From the IMG/VR virus record IMGVR_UViG_3300017598_001140, positions 15,531-79,530 of that record: 64,000 nt of DNA. The stretch is one strand, 5' to 3'. A program made the position numbers and the translations under genes. Positions 28,475 to 38,519 of the stretch are shown here, one piece after another. Position 1 is the stretch's first letter, and every line of letters begins with the position of its first letter. This stretch comes from a virus. The notes under the pieces were generated by a model. That model made no database searches. It saw nothing but the letters and a program-made list of their open reading frames with translations, and was not told the DNA's origin.

Positions 28475-29631
28475 TGAGTTTATTGGACAAACCGGGAGAT
28501 GCGACATTAGCTCCGAAGTTTTCTTTGAACGTTGGTCCCGGCGAAGGCGAACCGCTTAAATCGGGTATTGCTGAAATGATTGGAACGGCTAAATACGAGA
28601 GCTACGATGGAATGGCGGACATGATGCGCCTTCAAATGAAAAATCCCGGCGGCGAAATTTCAAACGCAAAAGTGTTTCAACCCGGCAACGAGGTTTCTCT
28701 TTATGGCGGGTACGGCAAAAGCAATCTTGGGTACATTGGAAGGACGATAATTGTCCGGCAAACACCGAACTTCCCAGAGAACGGCGTGCCTACATTGGAA
28801 GTCATTGGATACACAAAAGATTCTAAGATGATGGACAACGAGCCTGAAGGCTCAACCGCTAGGACGTATGCGGTAACAGAATACAGCGGTGTTTTGGACA
28901 TTGTTTGCGGAGCATACGGCTTCGAGCTTGACGCAGACCCGTACACTGTTGGAGGGCCAAAAGATCTGTTGCAAAAAGTGGGCGTTTCGGATTACGAATT
29001 TGTAAAAGGTTTGGCGAATATTACTGGATATATTTTCTGGGTTGATGCGGATGAAAAAGGCGTTTGGACTTTGCACTTTAAAGACCCGGAAAAAATGGTC
29101 GAGCAAGAAAAAAAGTACACGTTCAAATATAATTTCGGAGACGGCGGAACATTGTTGTCTTTCAAGCCAGAGGTTTTGATAAAAGGCGCGAAAACAAAAA
29201 TCGTTGCAAAAACAATGGACCCGTTTACCGGAAAAGTTTTGGCGGCAGAAATCGAAGAGACAGACGCTAAAAAATCGCCGGAATTAGAGGCGACAGGAGA
29301 TCAAGACGGGCCGGTTGAAAAAAGCTATCCGTCCGGAAGCGCGGTCAAATTATATTTGAACGATTTTGCTTTTGAAGTTGTATCGACAAAAGATTTCAAA
29401 ACAGAAGTGGAATTGGCGCATTGGGCGAAGCAATGGTTTAAAAGGATGCGCGATAACTTCGTGCTTGCTCAGGGCAAGTTGGTTGGCGTCGAAAATATGC
29501 GAGCGAGACAAACGCACGCATTGGAAGGAACAAGCCCGGCTTATGACGGCGATTATTACTTCACGAAAATAGAACATGTGTTTATTGAATCCGGATACAC
29601 ATTGACCTTCGGCGGAAGGAAAGTGGTTTAA
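28474..29631 (+). CDS. Baseplate hub (P2 gpD/T4 gp27-like)
   Basis: LYGGYG, QKVGVSDYEFVKGLA...GYIFWV, YDGDYYFTKIEHVF. Confidence 0.82.
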   Translation: MSLLDKPGDATLAPKFSLNVGPGEGEPLKSGIAEMIGTAKYESYDGMADMMRLQMKNPGGEISNAKVFQPGNEVSLYGGYGKSNLGYIGRTIIVRQTPNFPENGVPTLEVIGYTKDSKMMDNEPEGSTARTYAVTEYSGVLDIVCGAYGFELDADPYTVGGPKDLLQKVGVSDYEFVKGLANITGYIFWVDADEKGVWTLHFKDPEKMVEQEKKYTFKYNFGDGGTLLSFKPEVLIKGAKTKIVAKTMDPFTGKVLAAEIEETDAKKSPELEATGDQDGPVEKSYPSGSAVKLYLNDFAFEVVSTKDFKTEVELAHWAKQWFKRMRDNFVLAQGKLVGVENMRARQTHALEGTSPAYDGDYYFTKIEHVFIESGYTLTFGGRKVV

Positions 29632-30491
29632 TGAAATTGGAAGTCCACGACGCGGTGGTTGCCGCCAATAATGACGAAGAGAAAAAAGGCTTTATAAAAG
29701 TGACGTGTGTTGGTTTGTTAGGCGATGAAAAAACGGTCTTGCCGATGTGGATTCCGCCGCGTTTTGATTGGGGTTGGTTTTCTGTTCCGGACATTGGAGA
29801 AGTGGTTCAGATTGAAGTGAATGTCGATGAAGAAAAAGACGAATTTTTTGGGCAGTCGTCTATTGATAATTTGAACCCGCATTACAGGGGGAAAAGAAGC
29901 TACACAACAGACGCCACGGAAGAGAACGTGGAGGTCAGAGAAATTCATGAAGATTTTGTCGGCGACACTTATCCGAAAAGAAGAGGCTTTGCGACTCCGG
30001 AAGGTCACATAATTTATTTTGACGACACAGAAGGAAAAAAGAAAGTCCAAATCACTTGGAAAGACGGTGAAAAATTTCAATTTATTTCTTTTGAAAAAAC
30101 TGGTGCGTTGATTTCAAATCAGAGCGGTTCCTTTATCCATCTGGATGCTGAAAATGAAGAAGTGAAAGTGATCGATCAGCATGGGAATATTTACACTTCA
30201 AATAAAGATGGAATCAAGATGATGGACAAGTTCAGCAACATCATTGAAATGAAGGACGGCGCGGTTCAGATAATTAGTCAAGCCGGAATAGTGGCCACGG
30301 GAACGGATTTCACGGCGGCGACAGGAACGGTGAATTTGGTCGACGGCGCGGATGATTTCGCGGTTAGAGGAGCGGACTTGATCGCATGGTTGGCAGCGCA
30401 TACTCATCCTACTGGAATGGGGCCGAGTGGGCCGCCTGCAATACCACCGTTGCCCGTAGATTTTTTAAGTTCGGTGTGTAAATTAAAATGA
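29631..30491 (+). CDS. Baseplate central spike (gpV/gp5 OB fold + beta helix)
   Basis: N-terminal VVAANNDEEKKGFIKV..WFSVPDIGEVV; C-terminal apex motif HTHPTGMGPSGPP. Confidence 0.82.
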   Translation: MKLEVHDAVVAANNDEEKKGFIKVTCVGLLGDEKTVLPMWIPPRFDWGWFSVPDIGEVVQIEVNVDEEKDEFFGQSSIDNLNPHYRGKRSYTTDATEENVEVREIHEDFVGDTYPKRRGFATPEGHIIYFDDTEGKKKVQITWKDGEKFQFISFEKTGALISNQSGSFIHLDAENEEVKVIDQHGNIYTSNKDGIKMMDKFSNIIEMKDGAVQIISQAGIVATGTDFTAATGTVNLVDGADDFAVRGADLIAWLAAHTHPTGMGPSGPPAIPPLPVDFLSSVCKLK

Positions 30492-30814
30492 CGAAATGCA
30501 ATTTCCCAACGTTGCCAGCTTTAGCGCTTCCAATACCGGTGCCCGGATTGCCTGTGGTGCCGTCTTTGCCAAGCTTGCCACAAATGCCAATGGGTTTACC
30601 AAAGGTTCCGACCTTGCCGACATTGGCGCTTCCAATACCAGTGCCCGGAGTGCCCGTCATTCCGTCTTTGCCGTCGTTGCCACAAATACCTACGGGCTTG
30701 CCTAAAACGCCGACACTGCCAGCCCTAGCGCTTCCTATACCGTTGCCCGGAGTACCAGTGATTCCGGCTTTGCCCGGCTTGCCGCAACTACCGGCTTGCC
30801 CATTGGATAATTGA
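30488..30814 (+). CDS. Proline-rich triple-repeat protein bracketed by Cys
   Basis: ATGA coupling to the spike gene. Three 34-aa (102-bp) repeats starting at 30506, 30608 and 30710. Confidence 0.6.
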   Translation: MTKCNFPTLPALALPIPVPGLPVVPSLPSLPQMPMGLPKVPTLPTLALPIPVPGVPVIPSLPSLPQIPTGLPKTPTLPALALPIPLPGVPVIPALPGLPQLPACPLDN

Positions 30815-30815
30815 C

Positions 30816-31307
30816 ATGGTGATGTTAGCAGCAACATTGGCGAGCGAGCTTGAAGATATGCCGCTAGAGGCAGAAGAAGAAGACGCGATAGACAATTTCG
30901 TGGCGGCGTGGGAAGCGTTTTTCATGGAGTCGTCAGTGGCAGGGCTTTCGCCTTTGGAAGCTGTGCTATTGGAACCGGCTTTATTGGCGATGAAAGACGA
31001 AATGGAAGGGCTTTCCGAAGACGGTGCCGAAGCATTGAAAAAAGGGATTGTTAAATTTTGGGACACGGTGATTCTTACTGCTCCCTTGGTTTGGGTAACT
31101 GTGCCGCCTGTTTTGTCTGCTACCGGGCCGCTGTTATTAGATACGCTTCCAACAGAACTAGAAGCCGTGTTTCTTTCCAACACAGAAGGAAAGCTGGACA
31201 AAGGACCGGCGGCATTGGCTATTGCTGGCAAAATATATCCGTTGCAGCTTGGAGGATTGGCCACGATGACGCCGCCGCCACCAGAAACGAAACTTCCGAT
31301 TTTGTGA
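30816..31307 (+). CDS. Baseplate-associated hypothetical protein
   Basis: ORF abutting neighbours within the baseplate operon. Confidence 0.5.
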   Translation: MVMLAATLASELEDMPLEAEEEDAIDNFVAAWEAFFMESSVAGLSPLEAVLLEPALLAMKDEMEGLSEDGAEALKKGIVKFWDTVILTAPLVWVTVPPVLSATGPLLLDTLPTELEAVFLSNTEGKLDKGPAALAIAGKIYPLQLGGLATMTPPPPETKLPIL

Positions 31308-31314
31308 GGTAAAA

Positions 31315-31695
31315 ATGCCAAAAGGATTAAAAGTACCAATGGAGGCAAACGCAAGTGGCGGAATGGCTATGGTTGAAGGGGACGAAAACAACCACAAAAT
31401 AATAAGCCTTGGATTGTCAGACACGGATAACCAAAACGCCTATCAACAGGACGAAGGCATTGGTCGAGATATGATTTTTGAGTTGAATGACGAGGTTCTC
31501 AGAGGTTTGCTTGGCGGAAGGGTTGATTTGTTGTTTCAAAGATTTGAATTGCAGAAACGTTTCAAGCTGCTTCCTGATACTGTACAATGGACCGACAAGC
31601 CAAAAGAACAGGAGCTAAAATTGGAGTTTCGTTATGTGGATTTGGAGTCAGAAGAAGAGAAATCGTATTCAAGAAATTTTAAGGCAGGAGAATAA
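31315..31695 (+). CDS. Baseplate wedge/sheath initiator (gp25/gpW-like)
   Basis: 126 aa, GIGRDMIFELND, directly upstream of the gpJ-like gene. Confidence 0.65.
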   Translation: MPKGLKVPMEANASGGMAMVEGDENNHKIISLGLSDTDNQNAYQQDEGIGRDMIFELNDEVLRGLLGGRVDLLFQRFELQKRFKLLPDTVQWTDKPKEQELKLEFRYVDLESEEEKSYSRNFKAGE

Positions 31696-31698
31696 AAA

Positions 31699-33852
31699 AT
31701 GTCAGTCAATATAACGATTCCTCATTTTGATTTTTCTGCTTTTTATTACGGCGAAATATTGGAAGCGCTGTTGGAGTACAAAAGAAGGTATGTTCCAGAG
31801 CTTACCGATGAGTCGGAATTCGAGCCGTCTATACAATTCCTGAGAGCGTTTTCCCTTGTCGGCCACTTGAACAATACGCTAGTGGATTTAGTCGCAAACA
31901 ACAGCACTCTGCCGACCTCTGAAGTTCCTGAAGTAGTTAGGACAATGTTGCGGTTGATAGATTATGAAATGCTACCTGCTTCGCCAGCTCAAGCAGATGT
32001 TGTTTATGAACTTTCAAAAGTGTTCGCGTCGTCTTTTGAATTGGTGTCGGAAAACGCACAAGTTGCGACGAAAAAACAAGGCGATGTTGAAGCGGTTCCG
32101 TTTGAAGCACTGGAAGCGCTGACCATAGAACCAACCGACGAGTTTAGCTACGTGCTCGGCGAAGAGGATTCTGTTTTCACGGACTACACAACAGAAGCAA
32201 ACAATCAAATTTTAGGAAACGACTTTCAACCCGTTGTTACATTGGCCATGAAGGATGCGATTTATTTTGGCCACAAAAATATAATGTGGGATAAATTGGA
32301 TTTTGTTTTCGATACCGCCGCGCAATTTGGAACCAAAAGAGTTTTGGAATTTTACGATGGCGATTGGAGCAAAGGCGCGCCGACTTCTGTTGCAACCGTG
32401 TCGTCCACATTGGAATTTGATTTGTCTAGTATTTTAGGCTCTGAAAACCGGCAAGGAACGCAAATAAAAGTTCTGTTGAACGCGAGCATAACTTCCGAAA
32501 CCGTAGAGAGCACTTGGAACGGTTCTAAAAATATCGTAACGACTTCTTTTTTGGGTCAGGTTTCGCCGTCTGTTGACGCTGCCGATTACACTGTTGGTTC
32601 TGATTGGTCAGAAGTCACTGTAGATTCCGACGAGACTATTGGTTTAACAGTGGACGGAGAAATTGCCCTTACACTACCGCAAACACTAACTCAAAATTGG
32701 ATCGCGACAGAGATAGATACGAAAACAGCTTATTGGCTCAGGCTTAGAGTGATAGAAGGGACAGGGAGCGGCCCGGCGATAGAGTATGTCAGATTGGATA
32801 CAGGAAAGCAGTATGCTCTTAGAACCGTGACGCAAGGAAAGGTAATAACCGACCCGGTTAGCTCTTCAACCGGAGTCGCAGATCAGGTTCACGAATTGGC
32901 GCAAGAGAATTTTGTATGGGGGAGCGAAGAGATTGCGGTTGGTGGCGAAGATTGGTCGAGAGTATCTAACTTTTTGAGTAGCGAACCGACTGCAAAACAT
33001 TACGTCGTGAAACTGACCGACAACGATAAAGGAACGATTGTTTTTGGTTCCGGAGACAAAGGAAAAGTGCCACCGGCCGGAGCTGGTAATATTGCAAAAT
33101 CTTATAGGTACGGCGCGAATTTTGACGGCAATGTCGGCGCGGAAACAATCGTTGTTGATAAGACCGGTTTGACGTTTGTTAACAAGGTCTGGAATCCGCG
33201 CCAAGCGGCGGGCTGGAGAGAGGCGCAAGGAGCATCGGAAGAAAGTCTCGAACAAACTAAATTGGAAGCGCCTGCGACGGTGAGAATAAAAACCGTTGCA
33301 GTTGGTCCGGATGACGTTGTTGATTTGACGATTGCCTATGTGGATGAAAACGGTTCAAGGCCGTTTGTTAGAGCGGCTGTTTTTGAAGAAGGGTTTGGCC
33401 CGAAAACGATGGAGCTTGTTGTGGTGGCCGCTGGTGGTGGATTGGCTGTTATTTCTCAGCTAACTGTATTGGATCAATATTTCAACGGCGACAAATACGC
33501 TTCGCCGCCAGTAGTCAAGCATTTGATAGCTAACCAAGAAGTGACCTCTGTTAATTACGCGCAAAAAGTGATTGATGTCACCGCTACTGTTTACGGCAAT
33601 ACAACTATTGAAGCTGTTGAAACTCAATTGGCGAAATACATTCAACCCGAAGCGAAAAAACCTGACGGAATTTCTTGGTTGTGGAGTATGGGTGGAGAGG
33701 TTCCTGTTGCGAAAATAAACAACATAATTTTTGAAACAGATGAGTCGATAACAGACGTTCAAATATCGGTTCCGGCGAGCGCGACGAATTTACAGACAAG
33801 AGAGCTGCCGGTGATAGGAACTATGGCGATAACCATTGTTTTGCCATCATAA
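31699..33852 (+). CDS. Baseplate wedge J-like protein
   Basis: PELTDESEFEP, RLIDYEMLPASPA, IVFGSGDKGKVP, YRYG..GNVGA, AVGPDD. Confidence 0.85.
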   Translation: MSVNITIPHFDFSAFYYGEILEALLEYKRRYVPELTDESEFEPSIQFLRAFSLVGHLNNTLVDLVANNSTLPTSEVPEVVRTMLRLIDYEMLPASPAQADVVYELSKVFASSFELVSENAQVATKKQGDVEAVPFEALEALTIEPTDEFSYVLGEEDSVFTDYTTEANNQILGNDFQPVVTLAMKDAIYFGHKNIMWDKLDFVFDTAAQFGTKRVLEFYDGDWSKGAPTSVATVSSTLEFDLSSILGSENRQGTQIKVLLNASITSETVESTWNGSKNIVTTSFLGQVSPSVDAADYTVGSDWSEVTVDSDETIGLTVDGEIALTLPQTLTQNWIATEIDTKTAYWLRLRVIEGTGSGPAIEYVRLDTGKQYALRTVTQGKVITDPVSSSTGVADQVHELAQENFVWGSEEIAVGGEDWSRVSNFLSSEPTAKHYVVKLTDNDKGTIVFGSGDKGKVPPAGAGNIAKSYRYGANFDGNVGAETIVVDKTGLTFVNKVWNPRQAAGWREAQGASEESLEQTKLEAPATVRIKTVAVGPDDVVDLTIAYVDENGSRPFVRAAVFEEGFGPKTMELVVVAAGGGLAVISQLTVLDQYFNGDKYASPPVVKHLIANQEVTSVNYAQKVIDVTATVYGNTTIEAVETQLAKYIQPEAKKPDGISWLWSMGGEVPVAKINNIIFETDESITDVQISVPASATNLQTRELPVIGTMAITIVLPS

Positions 33853-33864
33853 AAAGGAAGCAAA

Positions 33865-34281
33865 ATGAGTTTTTCAGATTGGACAGAAAACGAAGTTTTA
33901 AACGCTTTACTCGGTTCGTCTCAAGTGCTGTTGCCAAGCACAGTGCATATTGGATTGAGCACCACTTCAATAGACGACGACGGAACCGGGTACACTGAGC
34001 CAGTAGGCGGAAGCTATGCAAGGGTTTCAGTGGCGAACACAAACGCAAGTTTCACCGTGTCTGTTGCGGGCCAAAAAACAAACGCAATTGACTTCGATTT
34101 TCCGCAAGCAAGTGGTGATTGGGGAGAGGTCGTGGAATGGTTTATTTGCGATGTCAGCTTGTCTCAAATTTATTTGAGTGGAATTCTTGACGATGGCGCA
34201 GGCTCGCCCGTTCCAAGAACCGTTTTGAACGGCGATGACTTCAAATTTTTAGCAGGTGATTTGAGAATTGTATTGGATTAA
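33865..34281 (+). CDS. Tail/fibre-base structural protein
   Basis: MSFSDWTENEVLN..HIGLST...EPVGGSYARV..FPQASGDWG, a widespread phage tail protein pattern. Confidence 0.7.
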   Translation: MSFSDWTENEVLNALLGSSQVLLPSTVHIGLSTTSIDDDGTGYTEPVGGSYARVSVANTNASFTVSVAGQKTNAIDFDFPQASGDWGEVVEWFICDVSLSQIYLSGILDDGAGSPVPRTVLNGDDFKFLAGDLRIVLD

Positions 34282-34284
34282 AAA

Positions 34285-34956
34285 ATGACTGTTCACGAAG
34301 CAAAAGGATTGGCTTTATGTTCGGCGAGTGCCAACTTCAAAGCCACAATGGTATTGAACAATCAGGGCTTGTGTTCTGTCGTTGCAACTCCGCTCGGAAA
34401 ATTTGTAAACCCAATACAAATCGTGAGCATTGAAGCTTATTCGCTAACAAAAGTAAGGGTGACTTTCGATAGGCCGATGCTGAAAGATTCCAGATTGGTT
34501 GATGTTGATAATTATTTGTTAACTCCGTCTTCGTTAACCGCTGCGGTAGTTCTTTACAGCGAGATCAGAACAGAGGGTGTTTCTTTTCCTAGCTACGTTG
34601 ATATTGTATTGGATTCCGAAATGACAGACGGTGAATCGTACGACATAGAAATAGAAACAAGCAACGGGCCGGAAAGTCCGGACGGTATGCCGTTTTCTGT
34701 GGATACGAACAAAGGTTCGTTTTTAGGGCTTGGAGAACTGCCGCAAATACTGTCGGTTGAAGCGGTTGGAATAAACAGAGTGGATGTGACTTTTACCGAA
34801 ACGATGACGGACAACGAAGCGATAAGAAACGCGGCGAATTATTCGTTCAACAATGGCTTGTCTGTTTTAAGTGTTCTTTCCATGTCGGATGACGTGGTTA
34901 AATTGGCAACGTCAGACCAAGTGCCGGGAACACTTTACACGCTGACGATTGGTTGA
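34285..34956 (+). CDS. Virion protein with two Ig-like domains
   Basis: Duplicated IxSxEA..xVxVTF..M...xNY...Y.L.I pattern. Confidence 0.65.
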   Translation: MTVHEAKGLALCSASANFKATMVLNNQGLCSVVATPLGKFVNPIQIVSIEAYSLTKVRVTFDRPMLKDSRLVDVDNYLLTPSSLTAAVVLYSEIRTEGVSFPSYVDIVLDSEMTDGESYDIEIETSNGPESPDGMPFSVDTNKGSFLGLGELPQILSVEAVGINRVDVTFTETMTDNEAIRNAANYSFNNGLSVLSVLSMSDDVVKLATSDQVPGTLYTLTIG

Positions 34957-34971
34957 AAAAGGAGTGGCTCA

Positions 34972-36924
34972 ATGAGCGTACCAACAACGAATAGAAACTA
35001 TCCATTTCCAGACGAATGGATGAATCCTTATTACGATGATTTTTGGGACATGTTTGAGGCGATTGATCAGGACGTTCAAGACGCTTGGGATTCTATTGCT
35101 GGTAACGCCACTATGGATGCTGCGTACGATAATTTTGGCGCGCTACCGGCTCTTGTAGAAATCGACGGCGCAGAAGGCCAAGGCGATCTTGTTTTTGAAG
35201 TAGCCGACACAGCTTCTTTTGTTGTTGATTTGGAAAATGTTCTTGGCGCAGATGTCGATGGATTTTTTATTGAAAACAACACAGATTATTTTCGCTTTTA
35301 TCAAGGTGGAACTGATTTTCTAAATATCAGCGCAATGATACACGACTACGATCTGCAAGGTTCTGGCTCGTGGGGAGTTGATGTCGCAGGCGATGTTTCT
35401 GTTAGTGCAGCAACCGCAATAGAAATGGGTTGCGATGATTACATGGAGCTGTATTCCGAACAAGATGTCACAATAGAATGGGGTGATGCGAGCACTTGGA
35501 CAGGGTTGGATGCTTCTTTAATAATTCAAACAGATACGTCAGGAAACATAGAACTTGTTGCTGCTCAAGAGTTAAATTTTACATGGGACGCGGATAGCGT
35601 TTGGAGCGGCAATGGCGCGAGCTTGGAAATAGAGACAGATATTTCTGGAGATATAGAGATTGGATCTGCGGAAACGTTGTCGCTTGATTGGTCGGCAACG
35701 AGTATCTGGACCGGCAATGATGCGGGTTTAACTATTCAAACGCTCACTGGCGGCGACATCGACGTGCTTTCCATATGGGATCTTACCTTACAAGCCACTG
35801 AAGATTTGAGCTTGGCTTCGGTAAATAGCTCAACAATTATTGAATCTGGCGACTACATGGAGCTTTTGGCCGATGATTATATTACTATAGATTCTAATGC
35901 CGGGGATATAGGTTTGGGCACTAATAGCGGTGATATTACTTTTGAGGCAAGTGGCGGCGGGATAGGTTTCGCCTGGGATGGTTGGAATGATGTAATTTTT
36001 GATCTGGTTAACTGCGACGACCCAGAAGGAGAAGGGCCAGGCTTGGCTACTTGGCGTGTTCAAAACGGTGCTGATTATTTAGAACTTTCGCGTCAAAACA
36101 CAGACTTGTTGAATTTGGATGCCGAATTTTATGGGATAGACATAGATGCGTCAAGTTCGTTTTATCTTGATGCGCCAGGAATATACCTGGATGGAAGTAA
36201 CGCAATACATCTTGATGCTTGGGGCACAAGTGATTCGTGGTTTCGTGTTCGTGATGCTGATTTAGAAATAAGAGTAGTGACTGGCGGAGATCTTTGGGTT
36301 TCCGCTGATGCTGGCGATGTAACTATGCTCGGACAAGAAGTGTATTTTTACGATCAATGGCTGACAGTTTCAAACAAAATCACGTTGTCTGAAAGTGGCG
36401 AAACGGCATTGGACACAACGAGTCAATCTATTGTTGGTTCAACAAATGAATTGGTTGCGACTATTGGCGCTCTTACGTTTGACGATATGTACAACAACGA
36501 TTCTGGCGAGCGCATTGTGATAGTGGATGATGGCGACATGATTTTCCGTATTGCTGATACTGAAATTTTTTCGCTTCAACCCTCGCTTGGATCGGACGAT
36601 GACAATATTTCAATAACAGGTGTAAGCACTACTGGTTTGTCTGTGAGAATGGAGATAGCGGATCTGGACATTGATATGTCTTCGACATTGGAATTGGACA
36701 GCGTTGGAAATTCCTATTTAGCGGTTGATAGCGGCGACCTTGATTTTTCAACAACTACAAGCGGCGATATGAATCTGGCTTCTGTTGGCGACGTGACATT
36801 TGTTGATCAATGGCTGGTAGGAGTTGGCGCAATTAGTTTGTCCGAAAGTGGCGGAACAAAATTAGACACAACGAGCCAATCTATAGTTGGTGCGATAAAT
36901 GAAATTTTTGGCTTGTTACCATGA
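34972..36924 (+). CDS. Highly acidic beta-repeat tail fibre/spike protein
   Basis: AGGAG RBS. Repeats W..xSxWxGxxAxLxIxTxxxGxI (x3) and LSESGxTxLDTTSQSIVGxxNE (x2). Confidence 0.6.
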   Translation: MSVPTTNRNYPFPDEWMNPYYDDFWDMFEAIDQDVQDAWDSIAGNATMDAAYDNFGALPALVEIDGAEGQGDLVFEVADTASFVVDLENVLGADVDGFFIENNTDYFRFYQGGTDFLNISAMIHDYDLQGSGSWGVDVAGDVSVSAATAIEMGCDDYMELYSEQDVTIEWGDASTWTGLDASLIIQTDTSGNIELVAAQELNFTWDADSVWSGNGASLEIETDISGDIEIGSAETLSLDWSATSIWTGNDAGLTIQTLTGGDIDVLSIWDLTLQATEDLSLASVNSSTIIESGDYMELLADDYITIDSNAGDIGLGTNSGDITFEASGGGIGFAWDGWNDVIFDLVNCDDPEGEGPGLATWRVQNGADYLELSRQNTDLLNLDAEFYGIDIDASSSFYLDAPGIYLDGSNAIHLDAWGTSDSWFRVRDADLEIRVVTGGDLWVSADAGDVTMLGQEVYFYDQWLTVSNKITLSESGETALDTTSQSIVGSTNELVATIGALTFDDMYNNDSGERIVIVDDGDMIFRIADTEIFSLQPSLGSDDDNISITGVSTTGLSVRMEIADLDIDMSSTLELDSVGNSYLAVDSGDLDFSTTTSGDMNLASVGDVTFVDQWLVGVGAISLSESGGTKLDTTSQSIVGAINEIFGLLP

Positions 36925-37562
36925 TTGAAAAAAATTCAAAGGCAACTGTCCTTGTAATGCTTTCCGGTGGATTGGATTCTACCGCAATGCTCTACAGGAT
37001 GCTGTCTGAAACTCACAAGCATGAACGCTTGCATGTGTTGTTTCTCGAATTGGCTGGATGGGAAAGCGGTACGAAAGGTGTGGCAGAGCGCCAAGCGGTT
37101 CAGAACATATTGAGTTATTTGCAACGCGATTTCAAATTCGACAAGAGTATAGATTTTCATTTTTATAATTCTTTTGCTTTAGATCAAATGCTTTATTACA
37201 CGGCGGCAGCTCTTACTGCTAAGTCAATGAAGAATGTTCATAGCGTTGCAATTGGAAGAACCAAAGAGGATGTGGGTTTTTTCAATAAAACTATTGAGAG
37301 AAGAAGTGTAATAGAAACCGCCGAAAATATATTTCACAATATTGTAAAAGGCAGCTCTGTTATGTCGTTTACAAAAGGAAAAAAAGATCGAAATATTGAA
37401 TTGATTTTTCCGGTTGAAGATTTCACAAAAAAAGAATTATTTTATTTATTGCCGCCGCCGTTGAAAAATTCTTTTTGTTCTTGTAGAAAACCGGACATTA
37501 ATTTTCAACCGTGCGGCAAATGTAGTAAATGCAAAAGTATTGAAAAGCTAAAAAATAAATAG
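36921..37562 (+). CDS. Divergent QueC-like PP-loop ATPase
   Basis: VLVMLSGGLDST, PVEDFTKKEL, C-terminal SCRKP...PCGKCSKC zinc site. Confidence 0.75.
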   Translation: MIEKNSKATVLVMLSGGLDSTAMLYRMLSETHKHERLHVLFLELAGWESGTKGVAERQAVQNILSYLQRDFKFDKSIDFHFYNSFALDQMLYYTAAALTAKSMKNVHSVAIGRTKEDVGFFNKTIERRSVIETAENIFHNIVKGSSVMSFTKGKKDRNIELIFPVEDFTKKELFYLLPPPLKNSFCSCRKPDINFQPCGKCSKCKSIEKLKNK

Positions 37563-37582
37563 CAAAAAAAAGGAGAAAGCTA

Positions 37583-37912
37583 ATGGCTACCGAAAAAACA
37601 GAAGAAAAGAAATCGCCTGAAGAAAGACGAGCCACAAGAGAAGAAAAAAAAGAAGCAAAAGTTAGAGCGCGTTTGCCAGAGGAATTGGTGGATAAAGACG
37701 TTGCGGCTTTAAAGGTCCAATTAAAAAAAGAGATTGGTGAATTTGAAGCTCTGAAAGAACAAATGGTGGAAAAGAAATCGAGAAGCAACGCGATAAGAGA
37801 GGCATTGGCGGTTATCGACGAACCGTGCGATCATGAGAACGTCACCAAACAAGGAAAGAAGCGCTACAAGTGCGATGATTGCGGAGAAGTAATGAAATTT
37901 TTTGGCGGCTGA
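37583..37912 (+). CDS. Coiled-coil protein with C-terminal zinc ribbon
   Basis: AGGAG RBS; CDH...CDDCG. Confidence 0.55.
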   Translation: MATEKTEEKKSPEERRATREEKKEAKVRARLPEELVDKDVAALKVQLKKEIGEFEALKEQMVEKKSRSNAIREALAVIDEPCDHENVTKQGKKRYKCDDCGEVMKFFGG

Positions 37913-37973
37913 AAATTTCAATCGAGCATCAACCAAGGCGAAAGTTATTTGGCAAATGCAAGGAGAAAAAAAG

Positions 37974-38519
37974 ATGGAATTTGGAGTAACAAAAAACGGA
38001 ATCAAAGAGATGCAAAAGGCCATTGCTTATATGAGCGCGTCGGGTAAGCCGGGGGTGGCTCGGCCTGTTGTTTCTCGAAGTTTTGCGAGAACGGTTTCCG
38101 AGAACGAAGACGCCATTGCGCCGAAAATAAAATCGATCAAGGCGGAGGAAGAAACGGAGACAAAATTTCTCGAATACAAGGACGAAATTAGCGAGCTGTC
38201 TTTGTCTCTGGCGGACGACGTGAACGGAAAGCGACCGCGCCCCGGAACCAAGCTCACGATCTCGAAAGAAAACCAAGCTGTTTTCGATCAGGGTATTTCG
38301 GAGCTAGGTGAAAAATACAAAAAGGCGATTGAAGCGCATAATGAGTGGATGCAAGAAGAAGTTTCTGTCAAATTGATGACGGTTGATTTCGATGACGTTC
38401 CGCAGCAAATTGAACCTTGGGTTTACAAGGCGTTGAAGGTCTTTTTTGTTTACGAAAAATCCAAGTCGACAAAGCAGAAAACAAAAACGAAAAAAAAGAA
38501 AAAGAGAAGAGATAAATAA
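37974..38519 (+). CDS. Hypothetical helical protein (possible fibre chaperone)
   Basis: AGGAG RBS before ATG 37974; TAATG coupling to the next gene. Confidence 0.5.
   Translation: MEFGVTKNGIKEMQKAIAYMSASGKPGVARPVVSRSFARTVSENEDAIAPKIKSIKAEEETETKFLEYKDEISELSLSLADDVNGKRPRPGTKLTISKENQAVFDQGISELGEKYKKAIEAHNEWMQEEVSVKLMTVDFDDVPQQIEPWVYKALKVFFVYEKSKSTKQKTKTKKKKKRRDK

Noticed and set aside
30409-30837. Minus-strand Gly-rich, collagen-like ORF
   Set aside because: Antisense of the Pro-rich repeat gene, which is coupled to the spike gene within a + strand operon.
36921-37562. Complete 7-deazaguanine DNA modification pathway
   Set aside because: Only a divergent QueC-like gene is present, with no folE, queD, queE or dpdA in the window.
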